This document shows, in pieces, positions 11,800-60,945 of a stretch of 64,000 nucleotides of DNA. The stretch covers positions 84,754,001-84,818,000 of the forward strand of contig NW_027361684.1 in NCBI RefSeq assembly GCF_039654945.1. Direction: 5' to 3'. The notes below the pieces were generated by a model, which worked only from the letters and a program-made list of their open reading frames with translations, did not search any database and was not told the DNA's origin. Position numbers and translations under genes: made by a program. The number at the start of each line of letters is the position of its first letter. The stretch's first letter is position 1. Source of the stretch: Dendrobates tinctorius (Eukaryota).

Positions 11800-14100
11800 G
11801 TCAGCCCCGGTATCTCGGGGTCACATACGGCCGCTGTGCGGGGGGACACGGAGACAGGTGATAGGCCCCCGTCTCCGCTCCTGACCGCTAGCTCTGCCGG
11901 GGGCACCTGTCCCGGCCGCCGCGCAGAGGCTCCACAGGCAGCGCTTCCAGCGAGGATGGAAAGCATTAGCGCAGCCCTCCGCGCCGTAATGAGGACATGA
12001 TGGGGAGACAGGCAGGAAGAGCGGGGGATGGGTGGAGGTAATTGCCGCCTGTCTGGGGAGTGTCAGCGGGACATCACGTAGAGCGGCGCACACGGCCGGC
12101 TGCCCGGCGCTGTCACACTGTGGGCGCACGTGTGGAGCATTGTTAGCGCCCTCGGTGCGGCTCCTGCCCCGGGCTTCCCCTCCGCCAGCACCACAGCCGC
12201 CGCCGCTCCCCCAGCTGACACCGGGGGAGGAAGCAGGGGGGAGGGGCTGGCGCGGCTCCTGCTGCCGCCTCCCACCGCTCATCTTTCTTCTTTCCTGGGG
12301 GCTTCGGAGATTGACCTCGCTAACCCACCCCCACCCAGCCAGGCAGCAGCAGCGCCTCCTCCTCCTCCCGGGGAGGGACGGATCACTCCCGGCTCCGCTG
12401 TGCGCACCAGCCTGCAAATAACAATAATAAACTTTAGTGCGTCCGCTGCGCGTCTGGAGAGCAGCGCGGAGACCGGGCTCTGCCGGCGGATCTGCTCCGG
12501 GACGTGCCCTTATGTGGCAGGATGCTGCGGATGGACTGCCTTATTCTCCCCGGGATTTACAAGGAGGATCAGTGCCGGACACGGACCTCTGCTGCCTGAG
12601 GCTGCGCTGCGAGGACGGCACCGCAGGTAGGCACCGGGGGTCGCGGGGCGGCGGTGTAAGCCCGGGAGGTAGACCCCATTGTCTGCCGCCGATCGCTGCC
12701 TGCTGGGGATCGCTGGCACATCGCGCTGTGATCCGTGCGGCGCTCACTGGTGTCTGTGGGAAGTTTCCCTTTCTGGGTGCTCACCACTGATCTATCGCAG
12801 CGATCTGGTCGTATTGATCGTGACTCACGATGCATTCTGTGCAGGTTGCTGCGTGTCATTGATCGCCACGCTGTGAGATCGGGAGGGGGACGGGTAATTC
12901 TGGATGTCGGGGAAGGTCCCGGGTGTCGCATCCTGTGAGATGATGTGAGGGGCAATGCTGACCGTCCGGTGTATGGAGTGCTGCGCGATGTGTCTGCCGC
13001 TGGCGCCCGGTCATGGTAGCCGAGAGCTGGCTTTGTCTCGGGGTCGCAGCACTGACAGCTCCGGTGATGAGTGAGGACACCGGGCGCCTCCTCCGCTAAT
13101 GTGTGACCCCGGTCTCCGGCGGAGGCTCCCGCGGCGCCGCTGATTGCAGCACGGCATCATTAATCTCGGAGACAGCGGAGCCTCCGCCGAGCTGAATTAT
13201 TAACAAGGAGTAATGGCAGGCTGCTCCGGGCAGCGAGGGGTTAAGCGTCTGCCCCGGGGAAGCTGCCGGTATAATCCCGGGAGCAGGATGTGTCGGGGAT
13301 TAGGAGTGAAGTGTCGCGCTGCGGCGATCACCTGAGGACTCCGTTCTGCCGTCACGCAGCTCCCGGGGCACGGCCGGGGCTGATCGGGTTAATGAGTGAT
13401 GGATGGCGGCGCGGAATCGGCCGGTTTTCCGGCGTTGTTGGTTGCACTTTTGACCTCGGGTCCCGGGGTCCGCACACGTCTCCGGGGTCTTGTTTGTTAA
13501 TGAGACGTCGGTGTCTCCGGTCGGGCGCCAGTCTCCGTCCTGTAATTAGCGCTGCTGCGCGCGGAGCCGCGGCGGCTGTAAAACACTAATTGCCCCGTTT
13601 TATGGCCGCTGTGACCTTCTTTATACGGCGCTCGTTATGTGTGGAGCGCCGCGGAGCTCCTGTCAGCTGCTCCCGAGCGGTGCGAGCCTCTCACCGAGGG
13701 CCGGCCTGAGCAGACAGTATGCCCCGGGATCATTACCGGCCAGCAGCCGCTCTATCTCCCGTTCTGCCCGGTCTCCGCGCCTGTGAGAATCACGGCACAG
13801 ACGGCGGACATTGCGCCTGGCAGACTCTGCTGCTCCCCGCTGTGGCCCTCACAACCCGCACTGCTGCCTGAGGGCGCCCTGCCATCCCGCCGCGGAGACG
13901 ACACGGGACGTGACCTGCGGGGATGCAGCGGCGCGTGTCCCGTGGAGTTACCGATCACCAGGCTGCTCCGGGACTTCACGGCTCGCTCGGCCGGACACCG
14001 GCATCACCCCCAGCGAGCCCGTGCTCCGTCTGCCGGGAACCTTTGTCCCGGTTATTTCCTCTGCGTGACAGGCCGCCGACATTTCCTGTTATTCAGGTCG
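11800..14100 (+). promoter_or_regulatory. CpG island; probable BCOR promoter and non-coding first exon (candidate donor after 12626)
   Basis: Non-repetitive, very GC/CpG-rich; CACGTG near 12127; ccgcag|gtaggc donor. Exon 2 has an acceptor, so an upstream exon must exist. Confidence 0.5.
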
Positions 14101-14140
14101 CAGCAGTTGAAGTATTGCGGCCATGTACCGGGTGGCGATT

Positions 14141-14712
14141 ATACACGGGACCTGACCGGAGACCCCGCATACACGGCCGGGCCCGGAGACCCCGCATACA
14201 CGGCCGGGCCCTGAGACCCCGCATACACGGGACCTGCCCGGAGACCCCGCATACACGGGACCTGCCCGGAGACCCCGCATACACGGGACCTGCCCGGAGA
14301 CCCCGCATACACGGGACCTGCCCGGAGACCCCGCATACACGGGACCTGCCCGGAGACCCCGCATACACGGGACCTGCCCGGAGACCCCGCATACACGGGA
14401 CCTGCCCGGAGACCCCGCATACACGGGACCTGACCGGAGACCCCGCATACACGGGACCTGCCCGGAGACCCCGCATACACGGCCGGGCCCGGAGACCCCG
14501 CATACACGGCCGGGCCCTGAGACCCCGCATACACGGGACCTGCCCGGAGACCCCGCATACACGGCCGGCCCTGACCGGAGACCCCGCATACACGGCCGGG
14601 CCCTGAGACCCCGCATACACGGGACCTGCCCGGAGACCCCGCATACACGGCCGGGCCCTGAGACCCCGCATACACGGGACCTGACCGGAGACCCCGCATA
14701 CACGGCCGGGCC
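14141..14712. repeat. 28-bp minisatellite, about 20 units
   Basis: acacgggacctgcccggagaccccgcat and a variant with ggccgggccc. Confidence 0.95.
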
Positions 14713-16034
14713 CTTTGTATTTACACGCGTGTTTTGTGCCTGATTTTCATGGCTAGAATCCCACGGTGTATGCTTGTGGGGTGTATTGGCGACATGTCCC
14801 ATCTTGTGCTGGGCCACAGATTACAATAAGTTCCAGTCACACCTCAGCGGTTGTTCTCATGCGCAAGAAAACTGTCCGAGTCTCCTCCGTGGGTTTATCA
14901 GGTTCCTCACAGTTTGGTCAGTTTATTACCAGAAAGGCTCCGCGTGCGCGTCCTTCCGAGACCTGCCCACTATGGCGTCTCCCGGCAGACGGCACGGAGA
15001 TGGCACAGAGACCGGACAGTGACTGCAAACAGAAGGGACACAGACTAGACAGAGACGGACAGGCTTCAGAGAGACGGCATCCGCGGCTTCTCTCAGGACC
15101 GTCCACTTGCATTGGAGCGATAGCTCCCAGACGGACAGCCGGTCTCTGCGCCACACGCGGGAGCAGCCCCGGAGTGTCACCGGTGCCGTTACATCTGGGC
15201 ACCGCCTGGAGAGACCTTGGCACAGAACTCCCGTGTGAATGAGGCCTTATGCCATCGGCGGCACACTGACTGCGCCGCTCATGGTGGCAGTCTGTGACCC
15301 TTGTTATGGATCCCCATTAGAAGTGGTTGGAGGGTGGTACTAGCTGGCATTGGTGACCACCTGGCTCATCCGGTTATAAAGATGGCAAACTGTGTATTAC
15401 ATTTCTCATGTAACAAGCGGAGGCCACACGGATGTAGGAGCGGACACTTAGCGCCAATGTGCAGGGGAAGCTGTGATGTATTTCTTTGCTATGTGATCAC
15501 TCACAGACGTGTGACCGAGGCCTTTGTGTCGGGTTTGGTATTGGGGTCTTTCTTCTTCAGTTTTCTCCCCAGTCAATCTTAGAATGTTGTTTTCAAGCAG
15601 AAACGCCTCGAGAACGGACGTGGCGCTGCTTCTACTCCTCCAGGAGATCCCAGCACCAGTGAGCTGTATAGGAAGGATGTGCAGACATCATTGGGCTGTG
15701 TTCACACACAGGCTTTTCACATGGATTTTGGAATCAATACTGCACTGAAATCCACAAAAAACCTACATTAATCCAAGTATAAACACCTGTTGCGCAGATA
15801 AGGGTCTGTTCACACGGAGTCTCTGCTGCATTTGTGACTTTGAGGAGGATTTGGCGTCTCTCACATGTTTTTGCTCAAAATCTGAACTTCTCAGTATGAA
15901 CAATCCGCTACATGTGAATTATTGAGGCGTTTCTGCCCGACACAGAGCCCCAGATGTGACCTCTGAATCCATAGAAGCAGAGAAATTGCCCAACACTCAC
16001 CATAATAATTCAGATTCAGGGATGCTTCATGCTG

Positions 16035-17495
16035 GTATGAGCTGTGATCTCCTGCGGACGCTGATCGTACTTGTGTGCCTCAGGGATAAGCTGTGATCTC
16101 CTGGGGACACTGATCGTACTTGTGTGCCTCAGGGATAAGCTGTGATCTCCTGGGGACGCTGATCGTACTTGTGTGCCTCAGGGATAAGCTGTGATCTCCT
16201 GCGGACGCTGATCGTACTTGTGTGCCTGTATGAGCTGTGATCTCCTGCGGACGCTAATCGTACTTGTGTGCCTGTATGAGCTGTGATCTCCTGCGGACAC
16301 TGATCGTACTTGTGTGCCTCAGGGATAAGCTGTGATCTCCTGCGGACGCTGATCGTACTTGTGTGCCTGTATGAGCTGTGATCTCCTGCGGACGCTAATC
16401 GTACTTGTGTGCCTGTATGAGCTGTGATCTCCTGCGGACACTGATCGTACTTGTGTGCCTCAGGGATAAGCTGTGATCTCCTGCGGACGCTGATCGTACT
16501 TGTGTGCTTGTATAAGCTGTGATCTCCTGCGGACGCTGATCGTACTTGTGTGCCTCAGGGATAAGCTGTGATCTCCTGCGGACGCTGATCGTACTTGTGT
16601 GCCTCAGGGATAAGATGTGATCTCCTGCGGACGCTGATCGTACTTGTGTGCCTCAGGGATAAGCTGTGACCTCCTGCGGACGCTGATCGTACTTGTGTGC
16701 CTGTATGAGCTGTGATCTCCTGCGGACGCTGATCGTACTTGTGTGCCTCAGGGATAAGCTGTGATCTCCTGCGGACGCTGATCGTACTTGTGTGCCTCAG
16801 GGATAAGCTGTGACCTCCTGCGGACGCTGATCGTACTTGTGTGCCTGTATGAGCTGTGATCTCCTGCGGACACTGATCGTACTTGTGTGCCTCAGGGATA
16901 AGCTGTGATCTCCTGCGGACGCTGATCGTACTTGTGTGCCTCAGGGATAAGCTGTGACCTCCTGCGGACGCTGATCGTACTTGTGTGCCTCAGGGATAAG
17001 CTGTGACCTCCTGCGGACGCTGATCGTACTTGTGTGCCTCAGGGATAAGCTGTGACCTCCTGCGGACGCTGATCGTACTTGTGTGCCTGTATGAGCTGTG
17101 ATCTCCTGCGGACACTGATCGTACTTGTGTGCCTCAGGGATAAGCTGTGATCTCCTGCGGATGCTGATCGTACTTGTGTGCCTCAGGGATAAGCTGTGAC
17201 CTCCTGCGGACGCTGATCGTACTTGTGTGCCTCAGGGATAAGCTGTGACCTCCTGCGGACGCTGATCGTACTTGTGTGCCTCAGGGATAAGCTGTGATCT
17301 CCTGCGGACGCTGATCGTACTTGTGTGCCTGTATGAGCTGTGATCTCCTGCGGACGCTGATCGTACTTGTGTGCCTCAGGGATAAGCTGTGATCTCCTGC
17401 GGACGCTGATCGTACTTGTGTGCCTCAGGGATAAGCTGTGACCTCCTGCGGACGCTGATCGTACTTGTGTGCCTGTATGAGCTGTGATCTCAGGC
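16035..17495. repeat. 49/46-bp minisatellite, about 30 units
   Basis: gctgtgatctcctgcggacgctgatcgtacttgtgtgcct followed by cagggataa or gtatga. Confidence 0.96.
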
Positions 17496-18444
17496 GGACG
17501 CTGGTCCTATGTGTGTGCGTCACTTTGATGGGGCGCAGACATGTGATGACTTCCAGATGCCGCCGTCCTTCGTCTGGGGCGCAGGAGAGCACAGACAGCC
17601 CCCTAGCTCTGGAGTTCATTAGCTCGCGGCGGCCGTGTGTGAGCGCTACGTTTGGCGTCGCAGTGATGAGCGTCCCCGCGCAGCGCACAGTGTACCGTGC
17701 CGGCCAATTCCACGGTGTAGTCAGAGCCTGGCACGTACGGGTGACATGTCGCCTTTCTGGCAGCGCTCCGTGTCCTGAACACTAGACCTGCTGGAGCAAG
17801 TCCGCGCATAGTTTGGCTCCAGTGCATCATCGCGCCCGTAATGCGCTCATTGTATGGCAGCAGCTGTTCCCCCGCCCGGCGCTGCCATGTGTCCCCCGGG
17901 CACTATCCGTGAGAGAGGGGAACACACGTCCCAGCGGCTGATGGAGAGTGAGCAGCGGCTTCCCAGGTCCGGGCTCTGCCCCACACTGGTCTGGGAGAGG
18001 TCAGGCCGCACAGTACGAGCAATGGCTGGCACATAAAGGGTGTATCAGCGCTCCGGCCGCTGCGGAGTCACAGAGTTGCTGTCTGAGCGGAGCCTGTATT
18101 CTCGGCACGAGCTGTGCGCCGCCATGTGCGCGCCCTCCGGTGCCGGATCCCAGCGGATCGTTATCTCTTGTGTCTGCCACATAACGGAGCGATCAGTGGC
18201 GATCGTCAGAGCCTGTGCAGATGGCGTGTGTGGCCCAGAACGAATGACACCTGGGTGATCGGGGACACACTGCGTTAGTGCTGCGGTTCTTGTCTTGAGT
18301 CCCCTTTGTTGCGGGGTCCATTCATTGCGTACTTGGTGCTCTTTAGTATCTGTGCACAGTGCCTGCACTTATTCTTGCCGGTTTTATACACATAATGTGG
18401 AAGCGCAACTAAAAAGCCAGAGCAGCGATGTCACTCCGGACTTA

Positions 18445-19340
18445 GGCTGAGTGCAGACGGAGGTTTGAGCCCTGCGGATTTTTCCGTGCAGAATGGAAGA
18501 AATCCGCAGGTCAAATGACCTGCATTTTTCCTGCGGATTTCTTCCATTTTTGTGCGGTTTTCCATCGCGGTTTTCCCCCTGCGGATTTGGTGACAGGGGA
18601 GATGGAAAACCGCACAAAAGAAGTAACATGCTGCGGATTTTGTACCGCGGGAAAACTGCGCGGAAAAATCTGCAGTGTCTGCACAGCGGTTTTTTTTTTT
18701 TTTTACATTGATTTTAAGGCTACCGTACATCACAATGCAGAAATGCAACGTTTCTGCGCGGTAAAATCCGCTGCGGAACCGCTGCAAATCTGCATCGTGT
18801 GCACACAGCCTTAGGGCTCATACTTGTGAGAGACTCGCAGGATTCTTGTAGGAGTCTCTCGCATGAAAACCCGGCACTGGGACCGGAGCACTCAGCTGCA
18901 TAGAAGTACATGTAGCCGCACGCTGCGGTCCGAGTGCGGTGGCAGTGCCGGGTTTTCACGCGAGAGTCTCTGAGCCCTCAGGGTGTGTGCACAGGTTGTG
19001 GATTTGGCCCTGCGGAGCCGCCGCGGTTTCCATGCAGTGTACAGTACCATGTAAGCCTATGGAAAACCAAATCCGCTGTGCACATGCTGCGGAACATTCC
19101 GCACAGATTGCCTGCGGTTTATTTTCCGCATGTCAATTGTTTTTGCGGATCTGCAGCTGCGGTTTCCATTCTGGAATCTCTCTCTCTCTCCAGAATCACA
19201 AGGGACAAACTTTACAACAAATCCGCACAGCCAAAACGCAATAGAATCCGCATCCAATCCGCTGGGAAAAACGTGCGTTTTCTGCCAGATGTGGATTCTC
19301 TGAAGAAAAATCTGCACCTAATGGGAGCAGATCCGCTCCA
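18445..19340. mobile_element. Cluster of abutting MITEs (18445-18810, 18814-18977, 18981 to about 19340)
   Basis: tta|ggctgagtgcagacg...cgtgtgcacacagcc|tta|gggctca...tgagccc|tca|gggtgtgtgcaca; internal aaatccgca/tgcggatt motifs. Confidence 0.72.
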
Positions 19341-19689
19341 GCCACCGGCACCATAGGCCAAGCTGTGGAGTCCGCGTGGTTACGGCCCGTGGCTACAGAA
19401 AACGCATCCACTAGACATAGTTCACAAGCACCAAATACGCACCGTGGGACCCCACTAGGAATTGCTTTGGGGTGTGTATAAGCAGAGGTGACGTTTATTA
19501 AAGCTGCACTCGGCAAGAACCGGCCCATGTGAATATAGTGACCAGTGTCTGCTATTTTATTTCTACAAAAAAAACCCCAACAACCTGCAGAAAATCAGAG
19601 GCGCAGCCGAGCCCCGATCTGTCCTGTGCAGAGCCATTGACTGATCACAGGGCCACTACATGTAGAGCGTTACACTGAGGAGATGGGCT

Positions 19690-21485
19690 ACACCAGGTGC
19701 TCCGCCATCAGTGGGGGCTACCCCGGGTGCTCTGCCGGCAGTGGGGGCTACCCCGGGTGCTCTGCCGGCAGTGGGGGCTACCCCGGGTGCTCCGCCATCA
19801 GTGGGGGCTACATCGGGTGCTCCGCCATCAGTGGGGGCTACCCCGGGTTCTCTGCCGGCAGTGGGGGCTACCCCGGGTGCTCCGCCATCAGTGGGGGCTA
19901 CATCGGGTGCTCCGCCATCAGTGGGGGCTACATCGGGTGCTCCGCCATCAGTGGGGGCCGGGGTGCTCCGCCATCAGTGGGGGCCGGGGTGCTCCGCCAT
20001 CAGTGGGGGCTACCCGGGTGCTCCGCCATCAGTGGGGGCTACATCGGGTGCTCCGCCATCAGTGGGGGCTACATCGGGTGCTCCGCCATCAGTGGGGGCT
20101 ACATCGGGTGCTCCGCCATCAGTGGGGGCTACCCCGGGTGCTCCGCCATCAGTGGGGGCTACATCGGGTGCTCCGCCATCAGTGGGGGCTACCCCGGGTG
20201 CTCTGCCGGCAGTGGGGGCTACCCCGGGTGCTCTGCCGGCAGTGGGGGCTACCCCGGGTGCTCTGCCGGCAGTGGGGGCTACCCCGGGTGCTCCGCCATC
20301 AGTGGGGGCTACATCGGGTGCTCCGCCATCAGTGGGGGCTACCCCGGGTGCTCTGCCGGCAGTGGGGGCTACCCCGGGTGCTCTGCCGGCAGTGGGGGCT
20401 ACCCTGGGTGCTCCGCCATCAGTGGGGGCTACATCGGGTGCTCCGCCATCAGTGGGGGCTACCCCGGGTTCTCTGCCGGCAGTGGGGGCTACCCCGGGTG
20501 CTCCGCCATCAGTGGGGGCTACATCGGGTGCTCCGCCATCAGTGGGGGCTACATCGGGTGCTCCGCCATCAGTGGGGGCTACTTCGGGCTACATCGGGTG
20601 CTCCGCCATCAGTGGGGGCTGGGGTGCTCCGCCATCAGTGGGGGCTACCCCGGGTGCTCCGCCATCAGTGGGGGCCGGGGTGCTCCGCCATCAGTGGGGG
20701 CCGGGGTGCTCCGCCATCAGTGGGGGCTACCCCGGGTGCTCCGCCGGCAGTGGGGGCTACCCCGGGTGCTCCGCCATCAGTGGGGGCTACCCCGGGTGCT
20801 CCGCCATCAGTGGGGGCCGGGGTGCTCCGCCATCAGTGGGGGCCGGGGTGCTCCGCCATCAGTGGGGGCTACCCGGGTGCTCCGCCATCAGTGGGGGCCG
20901 GGGTGCTCCGCCATCAGTGGGGGCTACCCCGGGTGCTCCGCCATCAGTGGGGGCCGGGGTGCTCCGCCATCAGTGGGGGCCGGGGTGCTCCGCCATCAGT
21001 GGGGGCTACCCGGGTGCTCCGCCATCAGTGGGGGCTACATCGGGTGCTCCGCCATCAGTGGGGGCTACATCGGGTGCTCCGCCATCAGTGGGGGCTACCC
21101 CGGGTGCTCCGCCATCAGTGGGGGCTACATCGGGTGCTCCGCCATCAGTGGGGGCTACCCCGGGTGCTCTGCCGGCAGTGGGGGCTACCCCGGGTGCTCT
21201 GCCGGCAGTGGGGGCTACCCCGGGTGCTCTGCCGGCAGTGGGGGCTACCCCGGGTGCTCCGCCATCAGTGGGGGCTACATCGGGTGCTCCGCCATCAGTG
21301 GGGGCTACCCCGGGTGCTCTGCCGGCAGTGGGGGCTACCCTGGGTGCTCCGCCATCAGTGGGGGCTACATCGGGTGCTCCGCCATCAGTGGGGGCTACTT
21401 CGGGCTACATCGGGTGCTCCGCCATCAGTGGGGGCCGGGGTGCTCCGCCATCAGTGGGGGCTACCCGGGTGCTCCGCCGGCAGTG
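19690..21485. repeat. 30-bp G-rich minisatellite with shorter variants, about 60 units
   Basis: gggtgctccgccatcagtgggggctacccc. Confidence 0.96.
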
Positions 21486-22179
21486 GTGTGCGGCCGGGCT
21501 CTGCTCCAGTGTCGGGCTCTTGTCGCCCCCTGGAATGTGGCTGCCGTCTGTGTGATCGCTGGGGATTCGGGCTGCCGTGTCTGTGCCGGAGCCGCGCGGA
21601 CACCGGAGAATGTGGAGCTATTGATCTGCGCCGGGTGCAGCCTCGGGGGAGCAGCTGCTGCGCAGAGCCGGAGCGCCACGTCCTCTCCTCCAGCGCTGAT
21701 GCTCGGGCGCCCCCTCCTCTCACTTATTAACCCGGCATTTAGCAGCGCCCTCCCCCCGGAGCAATTACACTCCAGCCCTGGAATAAATCATGCGCTGCGA
21801 TAATCCTGTTAATAAGACGCAGCTTGTTCCCGACACGTCACCCGCGGGCTCACACCTCCCGCACACGGCACAGCGGGGACAGACGGCTCCGTGCTGTCAC
21901 TGGCTGGTGTCTGTCCCTGGGGGTCACACTCCGGGGACGGGCGCCGAGCACTGGGGTAACCTCCCCCTGGGAGTGTGGCGCACACGTGTGACTGAGCCTC
22001 GGGGTCAGGGTGTCCTGGCTCGTACCCGCAGCTGTCACCTCACCCGCTGCAGACACGTTATACCCGCGTGATCCCAGCGCAGCGACCCAATGCACGCGGA
22101 GAGACCAGGACGAGGCGGCGCCACCCGCGGGGTGCTGGGGATGTGCGCGCCTGTCCTGTCTGCAAGAGCAACTGGTGCT

Positions 22180-23340
22180 GCCCCCCACCTCAGACTGCAC
22201 CCCCCATCACACCTCAGACTGCGCCCACCACCACCACAGAATGCACCCCACCTCAGACTGCGCCCCCCCATCACACCTCAGACTGCGCCCCCCCACCACA
22301 GAGTGCGCCCCCATCACACCTCAGACTGCGCCCCCCCACCACAGACTGCACCCCCCATCACACCATGCACCCCACCTCAGAGTGCGCCCCCATCACACCT
22401 CAGACTGCGCCCCCCCACCACAGAGTGCGCCCCCATCACACCTCAGACTGCGCCCCCCCACCACAGAATGCACCCCACCTCAGAGTGCGCCCCCATCACA
22501 CCACAGACTGCGCCCCCCACCACAGACTGCACCCCCCATCACACCATGCACCCCACCTCAGAGTGCGCCCCCATCACACCTCAGACTGCGCCCCACCACC
22601 ACAGAATGCACCCCACCTCAGAGTGCGCCCCCCACCACAGACTGCACCCCCCATCACACCTCATACTGCGCCCACCACCACCACAGAATGCACCCCACCT
22701 CAGAGTGCGCCCCCCATCACACCTCAGACTGCGCCCCCCACCACAGAATGCACCCCACCTCAGAGTGCACCCCCCATCACACCTCAGACTGCACCCCCCA
22801 TCACACCTCAGAGTGCGCCCACCACCACCACAGAATGCACCCCACCTCAGAGTGCGCCCCCATCACACCACAGACTGCGCCCCCACCACAGACTGCACCC
22901 CCCATCACACCTCAGACTGCGCCCCCCCATCACACCTCAGACTGCGCCCCCCACCACAGAATGCACCCCACCTCAGAGTGCGCCCCCCATCACACCTCAG
23001 ACTGCGCCCCCACCACAGACTGCGCCCCCCACCACAGACTGCGCCCACCACCACCACAGAATGCACCCCACCTCAGAGTGCGCCCCCATCACACCACAGA
23101 CTGCACCCCCCATCACACCTCAGACTGCGCCCCCCCATCACACCTCAGACTGCGCCCCCCACCACAGAATGCACCCCACCTCAGAGTGCACCCCCCATCA
23201 CACCTCAGACTGCGCCCCCCACCTCAGAGTGCACCCCCCATCACACCTCAGACTGCGCCCCCCCACCAGACTGCGCCCCCCATCACACCTCAGACTGCGC
23301 CCCACACCACAGACTGCGCCCCACACCAGACTGCGCCCCC
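22180..23340. repeat. C-rich compound minisatellite with roughly 19-25 bp subunits
   Basis: cacctcagactgcgccccccatca, accacagaatgcacccc and cacctcagagtgcgcccc subunits. Confidence 0.93.
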
Positions 23341-23943
23341 AGCAGTGCCTGGCAGGCTGCTCCCAGCCGTGTCATTGCTCCCAGCCGCTCCGGAGCCGCA
23401 CGATCTCCGCCGCGCTGACAGCTCATCTATCAGGAGACGCCTGTGATTTATACACGCGCGGCTCCACGCGGGGCTCGTGTATAAAGACGCAGCCGATGTA
23501 CGGCCATAAATATCCCCACTCGCAGCTCATCCCCGCCCGCACTACACACCACGGCCATTGTTCTCCCTGCCGCCAGGATGGGGTTAATGGCAGCGGCGTC
23601 CTTGATCGCGTCGATGTCTGTGAGGTCCCGGTACGGAGCGCCGGGCGCCGCACGGGTTAAGCCGCCGCCGCCGGATAATGACAGCGATTAGCGCTCTGGG
23701 CCGCAGTGACGGCGGGTGACACATGGCTCCGGCGCGGAGCGGGTTAATGAGAGCAGTTGCTTTTCCCTTGACCTAGTGGCGACCTCCCTGTGCATCGCCC
23801 CCGTCACCTCCAGTGCTGGGAGCGTCCCCGAGCGATCAGCGGAGCCCTGCGCGCTGCAGCCGATCTCACCGCTTCTCTCCTTCTAATGTTTCCGCACAGG
23901 GGACACACGGACGACTCGGGAGGCTGCACTGTAAGGGGGCGAC

Positions 23944-59966
<36,023 letters not shown>

Positions 59967-60900
59967 AAAGCCAATTCTGTAAAATAATTTCTATTTTGTG
60001 AATATGTAATATAGAGAGAACACTATTCTATAAATACCGGTGTACAAATTATATAGATTATCTATAAATATATATATAAATATATATATATATCTCCATA
60101 TATGGGGTTGGTTGGTTTTTTGTTTTTTTTTCCCCAGAAAACCCTAAATAAATTTTATAAAGTCCTGGAAAAATTCAGTACACGTTTGCTTTGGGAGAAG
60201 ATAATCATTCTTTTTTAATTGTAACACTTTATTTTCTGATACATTTTTCTGAATTAAGACGTTTTTTCGTAAAGCACTGAAGGCACGAGAAATACTTTAT
60301 AATTTGTATTTAAAAAGAAAAGTCGTATTGGACAAAAAGGAGCAGCACTTCACGACATTTTTATGTTTACAAAAATTACCAGTTTTTTTGGTAAACGACG
60401 TTGGATTTGATCCACATTTTGTAATATAAATGAAATTCTGCACATATAAATATATAAATATCCATAGAAAGGTGTTTGAAGTTTTGTAATCTAATTTAAA
60501 AAAATAAAAAAAATCTCGGAAATTTTTAGTTTTCACACTTAAATTGAGTGTGTGCTTAATGCGTGTGTGTATATATATATGCATAATATATGTGCATTTC
60601 TATAGGAGTGTGTGCACACGCCTGTATACATGTATAAATCTATACATACATTCAGACGTTTTATGCTCTAATTTAAAGACAAAGACTTTGAGCTATTTTT
60701 TTCGCTTGTATAATATTGAAGCTGTAAAATAAAGTGTTGCGATCGAGATGAATTGTATATAGACTCAAATTTCCTGAGATGTGTGTGCAATGTTTTCAGA
60801 TCCGTGTTTAAACTTTGTAAGTAAACCACCTGCCTTTGTATTTATATTTTACAAGATTTTTTCTTAAAAAGGCAATAAAACCGTTCAGTAAATGGATTTT
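59967..60900 (+). other. BCOR: BCOR AU-rich 3'UTR
   Basis: AT-rich sequence after the stop; AATAAA at 60147, 60503, 60728 and 60874. Confidence 0.7.
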
Positions 60901-60930
60901 GTGCCCTTGTGTTTCTCTTTTTGTTTTTAC
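60874..60930 (+). terminator. Probable distal polyadenylation signal with downstream GU/U-rich element
   Basis: AATAAA at 60874-60879 followed about 20 nt later by ttttgtgcccttgtgtttctctttttgttttt. Confidence 0.6.
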
Positions 60931-60945
60931 AGTGTTGGAGCCTAT

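Noticed and set aside
16035-17495. CRISPR-like appearance (constant 40-bp core plus variable part)
   Set aside because: The variable part is only two alternatives of 6 or 9 bp, not unique spacers; no cas genes; eukaryotic context.
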